This document shows, in pieces, positions 56,875-64,000 of a stretch of 64,000 bases of DNA. The stretch spans positions 192,001 to 256,000 of the forward strand of contig CAXXFL010000006.1 in NCBI GenBank assembly GCA_963674965.2. The letters are read 5' to 3'. Within the stretch, counting starts at the first letter, position 1; every line of letters starts with the position of its first letter. Both the position numbers and the translations under genes were made by a program. The DNA is from a bacterium. Its GTDB lineage: Bacteria > RBG-13-61-14 > DATKZS01. The notes under the pieces are model-generated. The model did no database searches. It was not told where the DNA came from and saw only the letters and a list, made by a program, of their open reading frames with translations.

Positions 56875-57887
56875 TGGAATCGGCAAGCACGGCCGCTCCC
56901 CGGGTCGGCGTCAAGGCCGCCTGCGAGGCCCTGGGCCTGTCGCGGGCAACGTTTGACCGCCGCGCTAAAATTCCCTTCGGGCCTCCGCCGCCGAGGCGCG
57001 CGGCCAAGCCGGCAAGGTCGTTGAGCGAGGACGAGCGGCGCCGGGTGCTGGACGGACTCCACTCCGAGCGCTTTGCCGACAAGGCCCCCCGCGAGGTCTG
57101 GGCAACGCTCCTGGACGAGGGGACATGGCTGTGCTCGGTCCGCACCATGTACCGCGTCCTCGACTCGGAAAAGGAAGTCAGGGAGCGGCGCAACCAGCTT
57201 CGGCATCCCCGATACAAAAAACCCGAGTTGCTGGCCGAGGCCCCCAACCAGGTCTGGTCCTGGGACGTCACCAAGCTCAAGGGACCGGCCAAATGGACCT
57301 GCTACCAGCTCTACGTGATCATGGATATCTTCAGCCGCTGCGTGGTGGGCTGGATGATCGCCCGCCGCGAGAGCGCCGAGCTGGCCCGCCGCCTGATCGG
57401 GGACAGCATCCGAAAACAGGAGATCGAGCCGGGACAACTCACAATCCACGCCGACCGGGGGAGTTCGATGAAATCAAAGCCGGTGGCCTTCTTGATGGCC
57501 GACCTGGGCGTGACCAAGAGCCACTCGCGGCCCCACGTGTCCGACGACAACCCCTACTCGGAAAGCCAGTTCAAGACCATGAAGTACCGGCCCGAGTTCC
57601 CGAGCCGGTTCGGCTCCATCGAGGACGCCAGGGCCTTTTGCGTGAAGTTTTTCGATTGGTACAACCGCGAGCATCGGCACACCGGGATCGGCCTGATGAC
57701 GCCCGAGATGGTCCATTACGGAATGGCGAGCGAGATCGTGGCCGCCCGGCAAAAAACGCTCGACCACGCCTATGAAAAAAACCCGGAGCGCTTCGTGAAA
57801 AGACCGCCGACGGCGCCGGAGTTGCCCGGCAAAGCGTGGATCAACCCACCGGAGAAACCGGAGGAAACAAACAGTTTGCCACACTAA
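56871..57887 (+). CDS. IS3-family transposase OrfB (DDE integrase core)
   Basis: PNQVWSWDVT, IHADRG, DNPYSESQFKT, YNREHRH. Confidence 0.93.
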   Translation: MMESASTAAPRVGVKAACEALGLSRATFDRRAKIPFGPPPPRRAAKPARSLSEDERRRVLDGLHSERFADKAPREVWATLLDEGTWLCSVRTMYRVLDSEKEVRERRNQLRHPRYKKPELLAEAPNQVWSWDVTKLKGPAKWTCYQLYVIMDIFSRCVVGWMIARRESAELARRLIGDSIRKQEIEPGQLTIHADRGSSMKSKPVAFLMADLGVTKSHSRPHVSDDNPYSESQFKTMKYRPEFPSRFGSIEDARAFCVKFFDWYNREHRHTGIGLMTPEMVHYGMASEIVAARQKTLDHAYEKNPERFVKRPPTAPELPGKAWINPPEKPEETNSLPH

Positions 57888-57927
57888 ATTCAGGAAAGGC
57901 GTGTCTCATTTTGCTTGACACATTCCG

Positions 57928-58098
57928 CGGACGATACCCAAGCCGAATCTGGCGGTGTTCGTCCTCAAGCCGGTCAGCCATTCTCCTGGTTTCGGCCCGG
58001 TTCTTGGTTCCTTCGAAGAACTTCCGCTTACCATTCTGGTCCGTGAACCAGCCCTGGTATTTACCGTTCTTTCTAGGTTTTTTTCTTACCCCTGCCAT
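57928..58098 (-). pseudogene. Tyrosine integrase, N-terminal 57 codons
   Basis: MAGVRKKPRKNGKYQGWFTDQNGKRKF...IRLGYRP, arm-binding-like; continues as PAKK at 56262. Confidence 0.85.
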
Positions 58099-58311
58099 GT
58101 TAAGCTAATTCCCCCAAAGCCACTGTTTAAGAGGCTCAGCGCTGATTATGAGTATACCACAGATCCAGAAAATTTCAGCAAAAAAATCTACTATCAGAGC
58201 GAAAAAATTGTCCATGCCGATTGTTGTAGTTGTTGTGTTCAGATTATGTTGACTATCTGTTTTGTATTGTCAATTTTTCTAATAGAAATTTGCCCGCCAA
58301 TTTATTGTTTC

Positions 58312-58416
58312 TTACTTCAATCCCAGCTTGTTCAATCGGTTGTTGAGAGTCTTTCGCTTTATACCGAGAATCTCAGATGCTCCGCCAAGGCCTCCGATAT
58401 TGCCGTTGTTCTTCAC
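58312..58416 (-). pseudogene. Isolated Fis-type HTH fragment (C-terminus of a sigma54 activator)
   Basis: Translates VKNNGNIGGLGGASEILGIKRKTLNNRLNKLGLK-stop; an in-frame stop lies just upstream; below the ORF track cutoff. Confidence 0.6.
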
Positions 58417-58649
58417 GACTCAAACAACCATAGGCGGATCATGCCGAAGGAATTTGACGCGATTTTTCCAGAAGACATTTTCCATAATCGTATGCTCGAA
58501 CTACTACAGCACGCAAAGCTATACAACGCCACCGGCTCTGTTGGATGACTCTACTGAATATTAAAATCATCTCTCTTGCATCGGATTTCATGATTCCTCC
58601 TATTGTGATGACCTGCCTCCCCCCCCCAAACCGGTCCAAGCTTAAAGCT

Positions 58650-61600
58650 TTAACCTGGACGGGAGTCATCATCCACCGCCGCCGGTTTTCCCATACGGAC
58701 GAGGACCCGGTGCTTTACCAATTCCCGATTCAGCATGATCAGGCCATCGTTAACGCGCTGACCGTCCAGTTCCACCAGGACAACGCCCCGTTCAGAGTGT
58801 TCCGCGTTCTCGACCTGGATTTCGTAGATCGCCTCACCATGGCGGTAGCTCAACTGAAAACCATCCCACCATCCGGGGATTACCGGATCTATCCGCAAAG
58901 TTTCTCCGCGCACTTTCAAACCCAGAATTTCCTCCACCCAGGCTCGGTACATCCATGCCGCTGAACCTGTATACCAGGACCAGCCGCCATGGCCGACCCA
59001 CCCGGTCAAATTATAGACGTCGGCCGCGACCACATAGGGCTCGACACCGTAACGCCAGACAGTTTCCGGATCTCGGGAGTGCTCGATCGGGTTGAGCAAG
59101 CGCATTATTTCTGCCGCCCTGGCGCCGTCTCCACTACGCGCCATTGCCATGGCCAACCACACGGCTCCATGGGTATACTGGCCTCCGTTCTCCCGCACCC
59201 CGGGAGGGTAATCCTTGATATAACCCGGAGATGGTTGTGCCTGGTCAAAGGGAGGATCAAAGAGCAGCACCAGCCTCTCGTCCTCGCGAACGAGATGGCG
59301 CCAGGCCGATTCCAGAGCCTCTCCGGCTCGGTCCCGGTCGCCGCCTCCAGATAGCCAGGCCCAGGATTGAGGCAGCGAATCGATCCGCGCTTCGAGATTC
59401 TTCTTGGCGCCTAGAGGCGAGCCATCATCAAAGAACGCTCGAAGATACCACTCACCGTCCCACGCGGATTGTTCCACCCTCTGGATCAGCTCTTTGCGAT
59501 CTTGCATATAGGCATCTCGCAGGTCGGTACAACCCAGGCTTTCAGACATCTGCGCCATCCCCTTGAGCACGTCCGCCAGAAACCAGGCCAGCCAAACGCT
59601 CTCTCCCTTGCCTCCGGCCCCCACGAGGTTCATTCCGTCGTTCCAGTCTCCGGTTCCCATCAAAGGCAGTCCGTGGACGCCAAAGTTTTGGCCGCGCCTG
59701 ACCGCTCTCTGACAGTGCTCGAAGAGGGTGGCCCGTTCGGATGAGGTCATCGGGGATTGATAGCTCTCGTGCTGTTCGTCCTTGAGGGGCGGCGCATCGA
59801 TAAAGGGGACCAACTCGCTCAGGATGTTCGAGTCGGCGGTGATCCTCAGGTATTGGGCAACGACAAAGGGCAGCCACAACAGATCGTCGGTGATTCGGGA
59901 GCGGATGCCCTCGCCGCGCGGCGGATGCCACCAGTGCTGGACATCGCCTTCCGGAAACTGACGGCCAGCGGCGAGCAGGATGTGCTCGCGCGCCAAGGCC
60001 GGGTTGGCGTAAAGCAGGGCCATCACGTCCTGCAACTGATCGCGGTAGCCGAAGGCGCCCCCGGACTGGTAAAAGGCGGAACGTCCCCAGACGCGGCAGA
60101 CCAGGTTTTGATAGGGAAGCCAGTGGTTGATCATGAAGTCCGCAGCCAACTCGGGGGTGTGGACTTTAATCGCTCCGAGTTGTTTGTCCCACCAGGATTG
60201 GGTCTGCCGGAGCGCTGCCTCTACCGCTTGCGCGTCACGATAGGCCGTAACCAGTTCATGGACCTCGGCCGTTGACGAGGCTTGGCCGAGCATGCAGGTG
60301 ATTTCGGCCCGCTCGCCGGGAGCCAGTTTGAGTGCGACCTGCAACCCGGCGCAGGGGTCCAGTCCGGCGCCAGTCCGGCCCCAAAGCCCGATCAGATCCA
60401 TCGCCGTCGGGTTAGCCATCGAGCGGTTGCGCCCAATGAAGGCGGTGCGGTCTCCAGTATAATTCTCCGCAGGCGCGCTTAACGCCGCGAAAGCTAATCG
60501 ATCCGCATAGTCGGGATGATAGCAATTGCGTGCGGTCACGGCTTGGACTTCGCCGTCCCAGTCGGTTACGACATGCATCTGGGAAGATTCTCGCGATTCA
60601 CCGAGGGTCCACTCCGCATAATATGTGACCGATAAATTGCGCGTTCTCGCGGTATCGTTTCGGAGAAAGAGCCTCGAGAGCTTAATCGGTTCGCCTCCGT
60701 GGTCATCGACTGGCGCGAAGACCGTCAGTTCCTGCTCGATGCCATGGCTGTTATGCTCGAAGACAGTGTACCCCGCCCCATGCCTGGCTCGGTAAGCGGT
60801 TTCCTCGCGGACAGGGGATGCTGTCGGCGTCCAATAGGCCCCGGTTTCCTCGTCCCGCACATAGATCGCTTCCGATGGTGAATCCATTACCGGGTCGTTC
60901 GACCAGGCTGTAATACGATTGCGCTGGCTGTTGCCCTGCCAGGTGAAACCTGCTCCGGTTTCGCTAACGAGGGTCCCGAAGGCTGGGTTGGCGATGATGT
61001 TGACCCAAGGCGCGGGCGTGTTCATGCCCGGCCCTAGATAGATGGCGTATTCCCGGCCATCCGGAGTAAACCCGCCCAGGCTGTTGAAGTAATCGAGTTC
61101 GAGAAAAGGGAGCGCTGCGGAAGGGTCCCTGGGATCTCTTTTGCCGACCATGGGTCGGAGCAGGTCGGGAGCTTCCGGAGAGACGCTCAATTGTTGAGGA
61201 AGAGCTCCACGGGCCGCGACCATCACCACGCTCGCCGCTGCCCGCAAAAGAGTCAGGTCGTCGGCGGGGATAAGATCAACGCCGCGCAAATGCACTCCCC
61301 CGGGACGGTCGATCCCGGTATGGGCCGAATGTGCCTGGATCAGGTGTTCGAGCTGTTCACGCAGAGGCTGCTCATAACCTCCGGCTTCCGCGTTGAGGAT
61401 GATCAAGTCGGCGCTTAATCCATGCAGGCGCCAATAAGCGTGGGCCTGGAGCATTTGGCGGACCAGTATCAAATCACTTGTCTCGTTAATGGCGACGAGG
61501 GCAATGGGCAAGTCGCCCGAAATTGCATAGGTCCACAACCCGGCCTGGCCCTTCCTGTTGTCGAGAATGCACTGTCTGGCGGAGCGTAGCAGCGGGTTGG

Positions 61601-63998
61601 GATAAAGAAGATGGCTGGCCAGTTGCTGGAAGCGGCGCGCGTCGTCGGGCTGGACTCGCAAAAGACGCAGCTCCAACTGGCTCGATGCCCAGGCCAGGTC
61701 CATGGCCCGGTCGATTGCCGGGGGATCTCCATATTTGTCCATTAAGTCCATGACTTGCTGGCGGGTTTCGCCGGCGGCCAGAACCAGACAAGCCTGGACC
61801 CTTTCGCCCGGCTTCAATATTATGCTTGCGCGCAGGCTGAGGATGGGGTCGAGGACGAAACCCTGGCTGGCGCTGGGTTCCTGCAAAGCGCCCATTGGCC
61901 GGGCGAGCGTTCGGCCACGACCGATGAAGCGTCGTCGGTCAGTCTCGAAACGCAATTCGGCTTCCGGGTCCTGCTCCAGCGTAAAGCGATGCGCGACATG
62001 GATGGGATGGTCGCCGGATCCGCGCGGACGTCGGTGAGCCAGGAGCGCCCGTTGTTCGGGCACCGCCTCGGTCTGGATGAAAAGCTTGTTGAAAGCCGGA
62101 TGCTGCCGGTCCGCATTGTGCGGCGCCAGCGCCAGCTCAATATAACTGGTCAACTCCAGCCGGCGACTGCGTAAGGAGCGATTGATCAGGGTCAACCGTC
62201 GAATCTCGACGTCATCGTCCGGCGCGACAACCACCTCGGTTTCACTCTCGATGCCATAATCAACTCGCCTGAACATGGCCCGATCAAGGGTGAAGTTGGC
62301 TAAATATTCGGAAACCTTGCCGCCGGTCGGCTGGTAAGTGTTGCACCACAACCGATCCGTGCCTCTCTCGTGGATGTAACAGAATGTCCCCCACGAATCC
62401 CTGGTCCGATCCGATCGCCAGCGCGTGATTTCGATATCTTTGAAGCGGCTGTAGCCGCCGCCGGCGTTGGTCAGCATCAGGCCATAGCGGCCATTGGACA
62501 ACAGTTGGGTCTTGGGCGTGGTGGTATGGGGAGTTTCGAATTGGCTGACTGAAGGCGCGACTTCGCCGAGGCCCGCCACCGACGAGACTCGCTCCCGTGT
62601 GGAAACGTGGTGTAGAGGGGGGAGGTTAGGTATGCGCTCCTGAAGCAGGGGCTCGACCGATCGTATCCTCAGGTCGGACTGGAAATGGCGCTGAAGGGAA
62701 TTGTCGTGCAGAAAATTGGTCAGCGCCAGAAAACTCATGCCCTGATGATGCGCCATGTAGGCCCGCACTATCGCCCCGCGCTCGCCCTCGTCGCTTGATG
62801 GCTGGCTGTAATCCAGGGCTTCGTAATACCCATAATCTTCCAGCAGTCCCAACTTGGCCATTCGTTTCAGATTCCGCACCGCTTTGCGAGGCTCGATGCC
62901 CACCGCCAGCAGGGTGGCATAAGGAGCGATCACGATCTTGTCGGCCAGGCCGCGTTTGAGGCCGAGTTGCGGCACTCCGAAAGCCTGGTATTGATAGGTC
63001 TTATGTATGTCCAGGTCCGCGTAGGCGCTCTCCGAGATACCCCAGGGCACTCGGTGCTTGCGCGCGTGGGCGATCTGGATATCCACGGCTTCACGGGCTG
63101 ATTTGTCCAAAAGCGAATTTTCGTACGAGCGCTGAAAAAGCAGCGGCATCAGATATTCGAACATGGTCCCGCTCCAACTGAGCAGCGCCCGGCGTCGGCC
63201 GATGGAGCCGTAGGGCCGATTCATGGCGAACCAATGCTCTACCGGTACGTCCCCCCGGGCAATGGCGACAAAACTGCCGAGCCGCGCTTCGCTCGCCAAC
63301 AGGTCGTAAAAGGCCCGGTCCAGTCGTCCTTCCGAGACATTAAAACCGATTGAAAACAACCGGCGTTCGGCGTTATAGAGGAAGCCCATATCCATCGAAG
63401 CCGAGAGCTCGCGCGCCCATTGCCGGAGTCGCTCGACTCCTGCCAGAGTTTCTCCGGCCAGCCACTTGGACTTGTTAAAGGACAAAAGTATGCGATCGAT
63501 CCAGTCCTGGAGGGCAGCGTCAACGGATGACGTTTTCTTTCGGATAGCCTGGAGGTAATTGATGCAGTCGACTTGTCCGTTTGCAAGATCCAACAGCGAT
63601 GGCGCATGCTCGAGAGCTTGGCGAAAAGCCGGAAGGGCGTCGGGGTCCAGCCGGGCGACTTCATCGGTTGTCTTCTCCGATAGAATTTCAATCCAGGCCA
63701 GATATCGGTCCGCGAGGCCATGCCAGGCCGCGAGTTGGCTTAAAATCTGTCCGGCCCAATCGGACGTTCCCTTTAGTCCGGCGCCGGGTACTCCGGCCTT
63801 GGCGGAGAGGTCTCGGAAATAGCTCTCTCCCTGTCTTAACCGATCCGAGGCGTCGAAGATCAGATCCGGCGGCGCCTTCCACCCCTGCAGCAATTCATCA
63901 AGGGTTAACACATCAACCCCAACGGCCTTCTCGTCCCGGATCACTTGTCTCAGGACATTACCGGCATCGCACAGTCCTGCAAATACTCTCCCGCCCCA
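58650..63998 (-). CDS. ndvB: Cyclic beta-1,2-glucan synthase/phosphorylase NdvB/ChvB-like, GH94 part; 5' end outside the window
   Basis: YDLLASEARL, SWSGTMFEYLMP, PWGISESAY, MAHHQGM, LLSNGRY, PAPWVN, FYQSGGAFGYRDQLQD, GDWNDGMN, RENGGQYTH, WYTGSA; frame stays open to the window edge. Confidence 0.9.
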   Translation of the reverse strand, partial: WGGRVFAGLCDAGNVLRQVIRDEKAVGVDVLTLDELLQGWKAPPDLIFDASDRLRQGESYFRDLSAKAGVPGAGLKGTSDWAGQILSQLAAWHGLADRYLAWIEILSEKTTDEVARLDPDALPAFRQALEHAPSLLDLANGQVDCINYLQAIRKKTSSVDAALQDWIDRILLSFNKSKWLAGETLAGVERLRQWARELSASMDMGFLYNAERRLFSIGFNVSEGRLDRAFYDLLASEARLGSFVAIARGDVPVEHWFAMNRPYGSIGRRRALLSWSGTMFEYLMPLLFQRSYENSLLDKSAREAVDIQIAHARKHRVPWGISESAYADLDIHKTYQYQAFGVPQLGLKRGLADKIVIAPYATLLAVGIEPRKAVRNLKRMAKLGLLEDYGYYEALDYSQPSSDEGERGAIVRAYMAHHQGMSFLALTNFLHDNSLQRHFQSDLRIRSVEPLLQERIPNLPPLHHVSTRERVSSVAGLGEVAPSVSQFETPHTTTPKTQLLSNGRYGLMLTNAGGGYSRFKDIEITRWRSDRTRDSWGTFCYIHERGTDRLWCNTYQPTGGKVSEYLANFTLDRAMFRRVDYGIESETEVVVAPDDDVEIRRLTLINRSLRSRRLELTSYIELALAPHNADRQHPAFNKLFIQTEAVPEQRALLAHRRPRGSGDHPIHVAHRFTLEQDPEAELRFETDRRRFIGRGRTLARPMGALQEPSASQGFVLDPILSLRASIILKPGERVQACLVLAAGETRQQVMDLMDKYGDPPAIDRAMDLAWASSQLELRLLRVQPDDARRFQQLASHLLYPNPLLRSARQCILDNRKGQAGLWTYAISGDLPIALVAINETSDLILVRQMLQAHAYWRLHGLSADLIILNAEAGGYEQPLREQLEHLIQAHSAHTGIDRPGGVHLRGVDLIPADDLTLLRAAASVVMVAARGALPQQLSVSPEAPDLLRPMVGKRDPRDPSAALPFLELDYFNSLGGFTPDGREYAIYLGPGMNTPAPWVNIIANPAFGTLVSETGAGFTWQGNSQRNRITAWSNDPVMDSPSEAIYVRDEETGAYWTPTASPVREETAYRARHGAGYTVFEHNSHGIEQELTVFAPVDDHGGEPIKLSRLFLRNDTARTRNLSVTYYAEWTLGESRESSQMHVVTDWDGEVQAVTARNCYHPDYADRLAFAALSAPAENYTGDRTAFIGRNRSMANPTAMDLIGLWGRTGAGLDPCAGLQVALKLAPGERAEITCMLGQASSTAEVHELVTAYRDAQAVEAALRQTQSWWDKQLGAIKVHTPELAADFMINHWLPYQNLVCRVWGRSAFYQSGGAFGYRDQLQDVMALLYANPALAREHILLAAGRQFPEGDVQHWWHPPRGEGIRSRITDDLLWLPFVVAQYLRITADSNILSELVPFIDAPPLKDEQHESYQSPMTSSERATLFEHCQRAVRRGQNFGVHGLPLMGTGDWNDGMNLVGAGGKGESVWLAWFLADVLKGMAQMSESLGCTDLRDAYMQDRKELIQRVEQSAWDGEWYLRAFFDDGSPLGAKKNLEARIDSLPQSWAWLSGGGDRDRAGEALESAWRHLVREDERLVLLFDPPFDQAQPSPGYIKDYPPGVRENGGQYTHGAVWLAMAMARSGDGARAAEIMRLLNPIEHSRDPETVWRYGVEPYVVAADVYNLTGWVGHGGWSWYTGSAAWMYRAWVEEILGLKVRGETLRIDPVIPGWWDGFQLSYRHGEAIYEIQVENAEHSERGVVLVELDGQRVNDGLIMLNRELVKHRVLVRMGKPAAVDDDSRPG

Positions 63999-64000
63999 AA

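Larger units (their letters stand above)
56266..57926 (+). mobile_element. IS3-family insertion sequence
   Basis: Imperfect inverted repeats TGTGCCAACGTAGATGAGACAC (56271-56292) and GTGTCTCATTTTGCTTGACACA (57901-57922); flanking direct repeat GCGG (56262-56265, 57927-57930). Confidence 0.9.

Noticed and set aside
57955-58548. 197-aa plus-strand ORF in an AT-rich region
   Set aside because: It overlaps the integrase N-terminus and the Fis-like fragment on the other strand; no motifs or clear RBS

Overview
GC-rich bacterial chromosome segment; gene content and style suggest an anaerobic delta-proteobacterium-like lineage (inference). 0.1-6.4 kb: a membrane hybrid histidine kinase with a periplasmic CxxCH heme-c domain and a Ser/Thr kinase-WD40 gene. 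6.4-19.7 kb (minus strand): a shortened hypF plus hypCDE, then one tightly coupled operon: cytoplasmic group-2-type [NiFe]-hydrogenase small and large subunits, maturation protease, PAS hybrid kinase, single-domain receiver, REC-HK-REC kinase, Hpt protein and a REC-PilB/GspE ATPase. This looks like a complete H2-sensing phosphorelay ending on a pilus/secretion motor and is the main finding. 21.8-26.4 kb: TetR, a glycyl-radical enzyme with an N-terminal SCP2-like domain, and its activase. The middle holds assorted genes: gpgS, a pseudokinase, a CHASE kinase, an M20 peptidase, a REP-flanked Y1 transposase, an EndoQ-UvrD fusion, a GMC oxidoreductase, GH38, an Ntn acylase and iolN. From about 55.2 kb the window enters a genomic island integrated at the tmRNA 3' end. 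Its tyrosine integrase reads through the att site and is split by an IS3-family element; cargo includes an NdvB/ChvB-like GH94 gene running off the window. Native DNA appears strongly enriched in the palindrome CTCGAG, the island does not. All calls come from reading motifs by eye; no database searches were run.
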